A stretch of 64,000 nt of DNA from Octopus sinensis (lineage: Eukaryota): NCBI RefSeq assembly GCF_006345805.1, contig NC_042999.1, positions 50,716,001 through 50,780,000 on the forward strand. Reading direction: 5' to 3'. Of this stretch, positions 24,560 through 37,289 are shown piece by piece (the first letter of the stretch is position 1; every line of letters starts with the position of its first letter). The notes beneath the pieces were generated by a model that ran no database searches, was not told the DNA's origin, and worked only from the letters and a program-made list of their open reading frames with translations. The position numbers were made by a program, and so were the translations under genes.

Positions 24560-24951
24560 GTGCTGGCATGGCTGTGTGGTAAGTAGCTTACTTCCCAACC
24601 ACATAGTTCCGGGTTCAGTCCCACTGCATAGCACCTTGGGCAAGTATCTTCAACTATAGCCTCGGGCCAACCAAAGACTTGTGAATGGATTTGGTGGATG
24701 GAAACTGAAAAAAGCCTGTCATATATATATGTGTGTGTGTGTGTGTGTATCTGTGTTTGTTTTCCCCACCATAGCTTGACAACCAACGTTAGTATGTTTA
24801 CATCCCCGTAACTTAACTGTTCAGCAAAAGAGACCGATAGAATAAGTATTAGATTTACAAAGAATAAGTCCTGGGGTCAATTCGTTTGACTAAAGGCAGT
24901 GCTCCAGCATGGCTGCAGTCAAATGACTGAAACAAGTAAAAAAATAAAAGA

Positions 24952-24952
<1 letters not shown>
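24558..24952 (+). mobile_element. SINE family A, full length
   Basis: Same layout. Confidence 0.85.
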
Positions 24953-24989
<37 letters not shown>

Positions 24990-25567
24990 AGGTATATATT
25001 GTAACATAAGGTTGACTAGTGCTTTGATGATAGTGACCTTTGATTTTAAATAATTACCTCATTACTTTAACATCCACTTTCCATGCTTGCATGGGAAAGA
25101 CAGAATTCTCTGAAGCAGATTTTCTACAGCCAGATGCTATTCCTGTTTGCCAACTCTCACCTGTTTCCAAGCAAGATAACGTTTCCTCATAATTAGACAT
25201 TTTTGACATCGCTTGTATGATGGCAAAATTTACTTACCACTATTGCCTAAGAGTTGTACAGAAGCAACAAACACACAAACATTCACAATCAAACTGTTAC
25301 ACATATACTATTACATACACATACACATATACATACATATAAATTCATGTGACAGGCTTCTTTCAGATATATATATAGATACATCTTGTGAACTGCAAAA
25401 TTGCTGCTTAAACCTTATAATTCTTGAGGCTTCAAATATCATGCTGTTATAGGAAGAAAATGACAAATGGACAAAGCTCTAAGGATTCTTTACATTTCAG
25501 CAACAGCAACATTATTGCATACATGCAGTTATATTTGGCAGTTATAGCAGATTTGTTGACATTTTTA

Positions 25568-25950
25568 TCTCTCTATATATAAACGGCAGTTTGTCTGTGC
25601 GTTTTCTGTGTGTCTGTTTTCTCGTACCCTCACTCTGACCACGGCTTTCAACCGATTCTGATGAAACTTGACACACACATAGCCCAATGTCATAATTCAA
25701 AACTAACGCAGCGAAAATTTTGAAAAGTTCCCCCAGTTCTGAAAAAAATCTATAAATTCGACATGGGGTCGAGAATCAGAAACCCAAACCACAGACCGTC
25801 TAGGGGACGCAACTCCACCTTTTTTAACTCTCAAAAAAATTTACCATCATTTTTTTTCCATTTTTTTGCTATTTTTTGGCTATAACTCTCTAAAAATGCT
25901 TTATAGTTATTTCCCTTACAAACCTGAGCAACGCCGGGCGATACTGCTAG
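25568..25950 (+). mobile_element. Non-autonomous Helitron
   Basis: A|TCTCTC start, GC-rich subterminal gcaacgccgggcg, CTAG|T end, no TSD; near-identical inverted copy at 57963-58342 and a related 3' end at about 28177-28345. Confidence 0.8.
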
Positions 25951-25962
25951 TTATATATATAG

Positions 25963-26126
25963 AGGCACAGGAGTGGCTGTGTGGTAGGTAGCTTGCTTAC
26001 CAACCACATGGTTCCGGGTTCAGTCCCACTGCGTGGCATCTTGGGCAAGTGTCTTCTGCTATAGCCTTGGGCTGAACAATGCCTTGCGAGTAGATTTGGT
26101 AGACGGAAACTGAAAGAAGCCTCTCG

Positions 26127-26184
<58 letters not shown>

Positions 26185-26368
26185 ATATGTCTGTGTTTGT
26201 CCCCCTAGCATTGCTTGACAACCGATGCTGGTGTGTTTACGTCCCCAGCAAAAGAGACCGATAGAATAAGTACTGGGCTTACAAAGAATAAGTCTCGGGG
26301 ATGATTTGCTCGACTAAACTCGGTGCTCCAGCATGGCCGCAGTCAAATGACTGAAACAAGTAAAAGAG
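25963..26368 (+). mobile_element. SINE family A
   Basis: Same layout with a small deletion in the 3' half. Confidence 0.85.
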
Positions 26369-26522
26369 TATATATATATATATATATATATATTTCGATT
26401 TTGGATTTGGTTTGCAAGATTCTTTATATGAGTTCGTGTGTTGAAGCATTTTCTGTTGTGTCTGGGGAGAGTCATTTACTTTTTGTGTCTTATAATGGAA
26501 ATGACTCTCCCCAGACACAACA

Positions 26523-26566
<44 letters not shown>

Positions 26567-27548
26567 ACAGATGAGAAAGGTACTCAACACATCAGCTGCA
26601 GGAGAATTTCTGCAGCGAAGGTCTTGGCACATAAAAAGCACCAACCAATGATGGCCGTTTGCCAGCCTCCTCTGGCCCTTGTGTCAGTGGCACGTAAAAA
26701 GCACCCACTACACTCATAGAGTGGTTGGCGTTAGGAAGGGCATCCAGCTGTAGAAACACTGCCAGATCAGACCGGAACCAGGTGCAGCCACCTGGCTTCC
26801 CAAACCCCGGTCAAAGTATCTAACTGTCTAACCCATGCTAGCATGGGAAACGGACGTTAAATGAGGATGATGATAATGATGATGATCACAATACTTCTTC
26901 CTTTTTTTCCTCCTCCTTCTCCTCATTGTAATATTTATAAGTGAATTTGAATTCACAACCAAGTAGTAACAAAAAAACTGCATAAAACTCAAAATTAGAT
27001 TTAATAACCAAAAGTAATGACAAAACCAGCAATCATAAACACACATTTCAAAATCAAATTTAATGAAAGAAAACATATCTATTAAAAGCCTTGAAGCTAT
27101 CTTCACAAAATGGCAAAACTTCTGTTCATAAGACTTGTTAAAATCAAATGACCCAACTGGAGCAAATACATGAAATTAATCTCAATGTCATTTATAATGA
27201 CCAAACACTAAATTAATATAAAAATACAATAAAACCAATATTACCAAAGTACTTAGGCACCTAATTGCCTTAATATAACGACAGCTCAAGAGTGCAACTA
27301 ATGAATATTTAAGAGAGGTTAGTTAGTCAGCAAAATTAATGAAATTTTAGCAAGAATTTGACGAAATATTTGATGGAGATGAGCTTTCAGTGATCAGAAT
27401 TATTCTAGTCTGACTAACATTGCATTTTTAGGTTTTTGTCTTAATTTTTTATATTGATTTGCTTCTCATAGCTATAAGAGAAATTAATCATAAACTAAGG
27501 AAATTGTTGAAATTTCATAAAAACTAGAATTAATTTATAAATAATATC

Positions 27549-27950
27549 TCTTTTACTCTTTTACTTGTTTCAGTCATTTGACTGTGGCCATGCTGGAGCA
27601 CCACCTTTAATCGTGCAACTCAACCCCGGGACTTATTCATTGTAAGCCCAGTACTTATTCTATCGGTCTCTTTTGCTGAACCGCTAAGTGATGGGGACGT
27701 AAACACACCAGCATCGGTTGTCAAGCAATGCTAGGGGGACAAACACAAACATACACGCACACTCAAATATATATAGACATATATACGACCGGCTTCTTTC
27801 AGTTTCCATCTACCAAATCCACTCACAAGGCTTTGGTTGACCCAAGGCTATAGTAGAAGACATTTGCCCAAGGTGCCATGCAGTGGGACTGAACCCGGAA
27901 CCATGTGGTTGGTAAACAAGCTACTTACCACATTGCCACTCCTGCACCTA
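27549..27950 (-). mobile_element. SINE family A, full length
   Basis: Reverse complement of the family A layout. Confidence 0.9.
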
Positions 27951-28967
27951 TATTAACTTTTTTTTTGACAGGCAATGTTTTTATGTCCAAGGAAATAGCT
28001 AAGGATGTACACAATATAGATGTAGACATGGCTGTGTGGTGTAAAGTTTGCTTCCCACCCACATGGTTTCGGGTTCAGTCCCACCACATGGGACATTGGG
28101 TAAATGTCCTTCAAGGAAATTAACTTGTTTGTCAAGGAACCAGCAATATACATACAGTTCTTAATTTTATAGTGAAACTAGCAGTATCGCCTAGCGTTGC
28201 TCGACTTTGTTTTGACCCTTTAGAATTGGAATTTTTAAAAAGTAAAAATTTTGCATTATGTAGCTTGTTATTCTCTTTAAGTGAACATTTTTCTTGTTGA
28301 AATACACCGAAAAATGGTACACAGCAGTCAAAAAATCGTAAAAAAAGAGGCGTTAGGAAGGGCATCCAGCTGTAGAAACATTGCCAGATAAGACTGGAGC
28401 CTGGTGCAGCCTTCTGGCTTCCCAGATCTCCGGTCGAACCGTCCAACCCATGCTGGCATGGAGAACGGACGTTAAACGATGATGATGATGATGATGATGA
28501 TATATATATATATATATATGTGTGTTTGTGTTTGTCCCCGCAACATCGCATGACAACCGATGCTGGTGTGTTTACGTCCCCTTAACTTAGCAGTTTGACA
28601 AAAGTGACCGATAGAATAATACTAGGCTTACAAGGAATAAGTCCTGGGGTCAATTTGCTCGACTAAATGTGGTGCTCCAGCGTGGCCACAGTCAAATGAC
28701 TGAAACAAGTAAAAGAGTAAAAGAGATGAAAAAAAGAGGAAAAGCTTATAGATTCTAAGCTTATAGATTCATAAGGCCAGCTTCCTGTATTATGTGGTGT
28801 ATATACTCCACCTGGGACTGGACACTGGTCTGTCACATGATTACACATTTTTGCTATAATCATGACATGAAAAACCTAACCACTAAGCCATATGTCTTTG
28901 CTGTCCATACAAGGTGACACAAACATATACACACACACACAGAAAGGGCTTCTTTTAGTTTCTCTCT

Positions 28968-29905
28968 TTTACTCTCTTTTACTCTTTTACTAGTTTCAGT
29001 CATTTGACTGTGGCCATGCTGGAGCACCGCGTTTAGTTGAGCAAATTGACCCCAGGACTTATTCTTTGTAAGCCTAGTACTTATTTTATCGGCTTTTTTT
29101 TGCCGAACCACTAAGTTAAAGGGACATAAACACAACAGCATCAGTTGTCAAGCGATTTTGGGGGGACAAACACAGACACACAAACACACACACACATCAT
29201 CATCATCATCATCATCATCATCGTTTAACGTCCGATTTTCCGCGCTAGCACGGGTTGGACGGTTTCGACCGGGGTCTGGGGAGCTAGGGACTGCCCCAGG
29301 CTCCAGTCTAGTCTGGCAGTGTTTCTACAGCTGGATGCCCTTCCTAACGCCAACCACTCCGTGAGTGTAGTGGGTGTTTTTTACGTGCCACCTGCACAGG
29401 TGCCAGAGGGGTCTGGCATCGGCCACGTTCGGATGGTGCTTTTTATGTGGGGGGGGTGCAGAAATATAGGGGAGCACCAGTGGGGAGGGGTGGTTCAGAG
29501 AAATGATGACAGGTTCTAGGCAAGTAGAACGTAGGATATCAAGAGAGGGGTAATGCATGGTGAAATAGCGTATTGAAGAGGGGGGTTCGAAGAGTAGACA
29601 CCTATAATGGTGGTGGGAGAAGCGACATCCGGTATAGATGGAGCAAAAATATAGAGATATCCGGTATTGGTGGTGGGGGTGGGCAAGGGCGGGTGCACCG
29701 GGAATATGACGGGCTATATATATATATATATATACACACATATATGACGGGCTTCTTTCGGTTTCTGTCTACCAAATCCACTCACAAGGCTTTGGTCAGC
29801 CAGAGACTAAAGTAGAAGACACTTGCCCAAGGTGTCACACAGTGAGACTGAACCTGGAACCGTGTGGTTAGTAAGCAAGCTACTTATCACACAGCCACTC
29901 TGACA
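28968..29905 (-). mobile_element. SINE family A with nested RTE 3' end and orphan GC-rich segment
   Basis: 3' half at 28968-29195, insert at 29196-29710, 5' half at 29740-29905. Confidence 0.8.
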
Positions 29906-30029
29906 CCTTTTGTTTATAAAATTTACTCACAAAGCTTAGATCACCCCAAGACTATAGAAGAAATTTGTCCAAGATGCCTCACAGTGGAGCTGAATCCGAA
30001 ACCAGACTGTCAGGAAGTGAATTTCTCAA

Positions 30030-30067
<38 letters not shown>

Positions 30068-30378
30068 ATTGACAGTCAGCCTTCATCTCGTTGTCAGCTT
30101 GGACATGCATGTTCCAGATGACAGAAGCCAGTTAATTGTCATGTAACATGTTTAATTCTTATTTACATCACTTCTCATTTATTTTCACATCTAAGTGTTG
30201 GTACATTGCCCAGTAGGTAGAATTAGCTGCTGCCAACTCTCTCATGTCTGCGAATATACTCAAACTTGGCAAAGACTGGGCTGCTGGAAATGATGCGGTC
30301 ACTTACTTCCTTGTACTGGTTCTGCACTCTCTACACTCAGCATCAGTTCTTTTCCATTATTGTATTTTTGTAATAAGG

Positions 30379-30795
30379 TAGGCGTAGGAGTGGCTGTGTA
30401 GTAAGGAGATTGCTTACCAAACACATGGTTCCGGGTTCAGTCCCACTGCATGGCACTTTGGGCAAGTGTCTTCTACTTTAGCCTCGGGCCGACCAAAGCC
30501 TTGTGAGTGGATTTGGTAGACGGAAACTGAAAGAAGCCCGTCATATATGTGTATATATATACATATGTGTGTGTGTGTGTATGTGTTTGTGTGTCTGTGT
30601 TTTTTGCTCCAACATTGCTTGACAACCGATGCTGGTGTGTTTACGTCCCCATAACTTAGCGGTTCAGCAAAAGAGACCGACAGAATAAGTACTAGGCTTA
30701 CAAAGAATAAGTCCTGGGGTCAATTTTCTCGACTAAAGGTGGTGCTCTAGCATGGCCACGGTCAAATGATTGAAACAAGTAGAAGAGTAAAAGAG
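30379..30795 (+). mobile_element. SINE family A, followed by two family B copies
   Basis: Same layout; family B heads at about 30795 and 31025. Confidence 0.85.
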
Positions 30796-31557
30796 GTGCC
30801 AAGCTGGCAGAATCGTTAGCATGCCAAGCAAAGCGCTTCATGTCATTTCGTCTGTCTTAAGGTTCTGAGCTCAAATTCTACTGATATCTACTTTGCCTTT
30901 TATCCTCTTGGGGAAGATAAAATAAATGTCAGTTGATCTCTGAGGTCGGTGTAATTGACTTAACCCCTCCCTCAAAAATGCTGGCCTTGTGCCAAAATCT
31001 GAAACCATTATTATGATCATATAAGGTGGACACCTGGCAGAATTGTTAGTGCATGGGATGAAATGCTTAGTAGTATTTCACCTGTTGCTACACTGTGAGT
31101 TCAAATTCTGCCAAGGTCGAAATTACCTTTCAGGGTTGATAAATTAAGTACCAGTGAAATACTGGGGGTGTGATATAATCAACTAGTCCCTGTCCAACAA
31201 ATTTGAGGCCTTGTGCCTCCAGTAGAAATGATGATGATTATTTTTATTATTATTATTCTATGTTTGACTTTTGCTTTATATTTGTACAAGTTGGCTCCAA
31301 GTCTCACCCAGAGACCTCAAGAGACAACAGGTTGGACGTTCATGTTGTTGTTATGCCTAGTGTGCCATATATTTAGTTTTGTATTTAGTGTTGTACTAGT
31401 GAATGTCTAAAAAAAAAATTGTTTGTTTTAAAACTTGAGATTACATAGAAAGTATTTTGCGTAGGATATGAGCAGTTCCCATGAGCACTATCTTTTGAAT
31501 TTCTGCCATTTTGGGGTTTCCTGGTGTCTGAGTTAGGTAGCAATCAGCCCCTTTTGC

Positions 31558-31595
<38 letters not shown>

Positions 31596-32612
31596 TATTA
31601 TTATTATCATTATCATAATTTTTTATTATTATTATTACTTAGGTGGCAAGCTGGCACAACCGTTAGCATGCTAAGCAGCATTTTGTCAGTCTTTATGTTC
31701 TCAGTTCAAATACAACTAAGGTCAACTTTGCATTTTATCCTTTCAACATTGATAAAATAAGTACCAGACAAGCACTGGGGTTGCTGTAATTGACTTACCC
31801 CATCCTCCAAAATTGCTGGCCTTGTGACAAAATATTATGGTGGAGAATTGGCTAAATTTTTAGATTGTTGGTTAGAATACTTCATAGTATTTGTTTGAGC
31901 TCTCAGCACTTAGAATCCAAATATTGCTGCCATCAGCTTTGCCTTTCAAGCTTTCGAGTCAGGTCAGTTGTGGAAGGCAAGTGTCATTGCAGCATGTCAC
32001 TGCATCCAATATCTCCTAATGGATGACACCTTTGCATCACTTAGGCAACAATCCCCACAACCCAGCCTGTCCTCCAGCATTATCCCCATTTGGCAGATGG
32101 GGTAAGGCTGACAACTTCATCCCATCGCTTGAACTCAGAATGTAGAGACAGGTGTAGGAGTGGCTGTGTGGTATGTAGCTTGTTTACCGACCACATGGTT
32201 CTGGGTTCAGTCCCACTGCGTGGCACCTTGGGCAAGTGTCTTCTACGATAGCCTCGGGTCAACCAAAGCCTTGTGAATGGATTTCGTAGACAGAAACTGA
32301 AAGAAGCCCGTCGTATATATGTCTTTTAGGCAGTTGAGGTGCTACCCCAGAGAAGAGAACTTGATAGGTCTGTTTGGGTAGTGTTTGCTTGGGAGGGTTT
32401 TTCAAGGTTAGATTGCAAATCCTAACCTCAACCTCTTTTAGTCACCTTTTACAACACTCAGAGGAAATGTTGGTTCTATTTTTTGGCATGCTGCTCCTCA
32501 CAGTGTTGATAAAAAAATTAACAATCCAAAGAAGTAGATTGGTGAAAGTACTACAGCTTCAGATGTTCCATGCATTCTAAGAGATATACCTGCATTAGCA
32601 CTGGTGCCCTAC

Positions 32613-35600
32613 ATCATCATCATCATCATCATCATTTAGCGTCCGTTTTCCATGCTAGCATGGGTTGGACGGTTCAACTGGGGTCTGGGGAGCCCGAAGG
32701 CTGCACCAGGCCAGTCAGATCTGGCAGTGTTTCTACAGCTGGATGCCCTTCCTAACGCCAACCACTCCGAGAGTGTAGTGGGTGATTTTATGTGCCACCG
32801 ACACAGGTGCCAGACGAGGCTGGCAGACGGCCACGCTCGGATGGTGTTTTTATGTGCCACCAACACAGGTGCCAGATGAGGCTGGCAGGTGCCAGACGAG
32901 GCTGGCAGACGGCCACGCTCGGATGGTGTTTTTATGTGCCACCGACACAGGTGCCAGATGAGGCTGGCGGACGGCCACGATCGGATGGTGTTTGTTACGT
33001 CCCCAAAGCACGGAGGCCAGTCTATGCGGTACTGGCTACGGCCACGTTCGGATGATTTTCTTGTGTGCCACCGGCACTGGTACCACAAAGATACAAATTC
33101 CATTTATGCTCATCTATTTTGATTTGTTTTGATTTGATTTGATTTTCACTTGCCTCAACAGGTCTTCACAAGTGTCACTTGCCTCAACAGGTCTTCACAA
33201 GTGTCACAAGAAGGAAGGTATGCACAGGTGGACTGTCTACGTCGCCGGGTCTTCGGATGGTGTCTTTATGTGCCACCGACACAGGTGCCAGATGTGGCTG
33301 GCGAACGGCCACGATCGGATGGTTTTCTTGTGTGCCACCGGTACTGGAACCACAAAGATACAAATTCCATTGATGTTCATCTATTTTGATTTGGTTTGAT
33401 TTTCACTTGCCTCAACAGGTCTTCACAAGTGTCACGCGTGTCCTTGTGTGCCACCGGTACTGGAACCACAAAGATACAAATTCCATTGATGTTCATCTAT
33501 TTTGATTTGGTTTGATTTTCACTTGCCTCAACAGGTCTTCACAAGTGTCACGCGTGTCACACACTTGCCTCAACAGGTCTCCACAAGTGTCACACACTTG
33601 CCTCTGCCTCAACAGGTCTTCACAAGTGTCACACACTTGCCTCTGCCTCAACAGGTCTTCACAAGTGTCATAAGAGGAAGGTATGCACAGGTGGACTGAC
33701 TACGTCGCCGGGTCTTTGGATGGTGTTTTTATGTGCCACCGACACAGGTGCCAGGTGAGGCTGGCGAACGGCCACGATCAGATGGTGTTTGTTGTGCCCA
33801 CAGCACGGAGGCCAGTCGATGCGGTACCAGCTACGGCCACTTCGGATGGTTTTCTTGTGTGCCACCGGTACTGGAACCACAAAGATACAAATTCCATTGA
33901 TATTCATCTATTTTGATTTGGTTTGATTTTTGATTTTCACTTGCCTCAACAGGTCTTCACAAGTGTCACACACTTGCCTCAACAGGTCTTCACAAGTGTC
34001 ATAAGAGGGAAGGTATGCACAGGTGGACTGACTACGTCGCGCGGGTCTTCGGATGGTGTCTTTATGTGCCACCGGCACAGGTGCCAGATGAGGCTGGCGA
34101 ACGGCCACGATCGGATGGTGTTTGTTGTGCCCACAGCACGGAGGCCAGTCGATGCGGTACTGGTTACGGCCACGTTTGGGTGGTTTTCTTGTGTGCCACC
34201 GGCACTGGTACCACAAAGAATACAATTCCACTGATGTTCATCTATTTTGATTTGTTTTGATTTGATTTGATTTTCACTTGCCTCAACAGGTCTTCATAAG
34301 TGTCACAAGAAGGAAGGTATGCACAGGACTGACTACGTCCCAGGTCGGGGCCACGGGTTATGGCCTGACTAGTCTTGCCGGGTCTTCTCATGCACAGCAT
34401 ACTTCCATAGGTCTCGGTCTCTAGACATTTCCTTAGTGAGACCTAAAGTTCGAAGGTCGTGCTTCACCACCTCGTCCCAGGTTTTCCTGGGTCTACCTCT
34501 TCCACAGGTTCCCTCCACTGCTAGGGTGTAGCACTTTTGCACACAACTATCTTCAGCCTTTCTTGTCACATGACCATACCAGCGCAGCCGTCTCTCTTGC
34601 ACGCCACAACTGACGCTTCTTAGGTTCAGCTTTTCTCTCAAGGAACTTACACTCTGACGATTATGAACACTGACATTACACATCCATCGGAGCATACTGG
34701 CTTCATTTCTTGCGAGCTTACGCATATCCTCAGCAGTCACGGCCCATGTTTCACTACCATGTAGCATGGCTGTACGTACACATGCATCATACAGTCTGCC
34801 TTTTACTCTGAGCGAGAGGCCTTTTGTCACCAGCAGGGGTAAGAGCTCTCTAAACTTTGCCCAGGCTATTCTTACTCTAGCAGTTACACTTTCAGCACAC
34901 CCACCCCCGCTACTGACTTGGTCTCCTAGGTAGCGGAAGCTATCAACTATTTCTAGTTTGTCTCCCTGGAACGTGGCAGAAGTTGGTCTCTGCATATTTC
35001 CAGTGTTTATTGCTCCTGAGCATTTGCCACAGACAAAAACTATTTTCCTAGTTAGCCTTCCTTTCACATTGCTGCACCTCTTATGTGTCCATAGCTTACA
35101 CTTGGTGCATCTTATAGAGTTTCTACCTACACCTTTTTTACAGATCGAGCAGGGCCATCTACCTGAAGGCGTTTGTGATTGATCTACCTTCCTACTTATT
35201 AGAACTTTGGTTTTGGCTAGGTTGATTCTAAGGCCCTTCGATTCTAATCCTTGTTTCCACACCTGGAACTTCTCCTCCAGTTCTGATAGTGACTCAGCAA
35301 TTAGAGCAAGGTCATCAGCATAGAGGAGCTCCCAGGGGCAACCTGTCTTGAATTCCTCCGTTATTGCCTGGAGGACTATGATAAATAGGAGGGGACTGAG
35401 GACTGAACCTTGGTGGACCCCAACCTCTACCCGGAATTCTTCACTGTACTCGTTGCCCACCCTCACCTTACTAGCAGCGTCTCTGTACATGGCTTGCACA
35501 GCTCTCACCAACCATTCTTCTATCCCTAGTTTCCTCATTGACCACCAGATAAGGGACCGGGGGACCCTGTCAAAGGCTTTCTCCAAGTCAACAAAAGCCA

Positions 35601-37289
35601 GGTACAAGGGCTTATCTTTGGCTAGGTATTTCTCCTGCAGCTGTCTTACCAGGAATATAGCATCAGTAGTACTTTTCCCTGGCACGAACCCAAACTGCAT
35701 ATCATCTAAGGTAACTCTCTCTCTAATTAGTTCGGCTACAACCCTCTCCGTAACCTTCATTACCTGATCCAGCAGCTTGATGCCCCTGTAGTTATTTGTC
35801 TCTAGGGCGTCGCCTTTACCTTTGTAGCAGTTGACTATTATGCTGCTACACCAGTCATTGGGTATGACCCCCTCGTGTATCACCTGGTTAACTATACGGG
35901 TGACTAAGCTATAGCCGACACCACCAGATATTTTGAGCATCTCTGCAGTAATTCCTGATGGGCCTGGGGCTTTCCCTGTTTTCATGCTTCTAATTGCCTT
36001 ATCTACTAAGGAACTGTTAACTCGGATTGCTGGTCCCTCTGTTGGGTCGACATTCGGCAGACACTCTTTATCCCATTCATTTTCTTCATTCAGCAACCTA
36101 TCATAGTGGCGTCGCCAAGTCTCTCTCTTTGCACCCTCATTAAGTGCAAGTGAACCGTCCTCCTTGCGAACACATTTCTCTCCTACCACGTCACGATTCT
36201 CTCTCACACACTGTCTTGCAACACGAAATACCTCAAGTCTTTCATCCTCACGACGCAGGACATTGGCAAATTTTTCCTTCTCTGCTTCCCCTCTGGCTAG
36301 ATAGACCTGTCTCCTGGCTTCCCTTCTGGCAGACTGATACACTTCCCTGCTACCACCGTTCTTCCAGGCCTTCCAAGCCTGTTTCTTTTGTCTAATAGCC
36401 CTGTCAACAATATTGTTCCACCACCACGTTATTTTGGGTCTTAAGGGGACTTTGCACCAGCCACAGATCTGGTCAGCGGCTTTCAGCAGGTTGTCCCTCA
36501 GAAGCGTCCAGTTGTCTTCTACCCCATGCGTAGCTATACTCCCTTCCATTTCGTCTAAAGCTTCAAATAACATATCTCTAAATCTCTGTCCATTCGCAGG
36601 GTCTTTAAGCTTCCAGACCCTTCTTCTCCATGTTGGTCGTCTTCTAGTCGCCCTCTTAGTCCTGATCCTAAAGTCACTAACTACCAGTCTATGTTGTGGG
36701 GTGCATTCTTCACTTGGGAAGGTTTTGGCATTTATAAGCAGCCATCTTTCCCTTTTTCTGGCAAGGATGTAGTCGATTTGGCTAGTATGCCGGCCCGATC
36801 GGTAGGTGACCAGGTGGCTTGTCGGTTTCCTGAAGTTAGTGTTGCAAATCATAAGACTATTCGCATCGCAGAACTCCAGCAGCCTGGTTCCCTCCTCGTT
36901 GCGGGAACCATAACCGTAGCCTCCATGCACGCCATGGAAGCCCCCAGCACGTCGTCCAACATGTCCATTGAAGTCACCAGCCACAAAGAGAAGGTCCCTG
37001 TCGTTCGTCAATGATGTGGTCTGCAGTAGGGTGTCATAGAAACAGTCTTTCTGTCCATCAGGTAGCCCTGGCTGAGGGGCATAGGCCGATATAATAGTTG
37101 CTAAACTATGGTGGAGCACTAATCTAATCTTAATTATTCTGTCACTTACTCTGACTACCTCGATTACCTTATCTACCCATTTTTCGGCGATAAGCATGCC
37201 CACACCCCCGACTCCGTCAGTATTCCCAGCCCAGAAAATCTTGTACCTCTGTCCTTTGCCTGTGAGGAACCTAGCAGAACCTCCTCTCC
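32613..37289 (-). mobile_element. RTE-clade LINE copy 1, 5'-truncated, with expanded 3'UTR
   Basis: Continuous EN-RT frame to 37289; 3'UTR 34368-32613 ends in (GAT)n. Confidence 0.97.
33147..34305. repeat. Ten copies of a 28-mer (cttgcctcaacaggtcttcacaagtgtc) within 300-470-bp higher-order units
   Basis: Copies near 33147, 33178, 33404, 33520, 33563, 33605, 33644, 33938, 33971 and 34275. Confidence 0.85.

Noticed and set aside
33147-34305. 28-bp repeats suggesting a CRISPR array
   Set aside because: Intervening sequences are repeated or absent rather than unique spacers; no cas genes; lies in a eukaryotic LINE 3'UTR.
34958-37014. Plus-strand ORFs of 74-139 aa (similarly 42747-44788)
   Set aside because: Antisense shadows of the RTE ORF.
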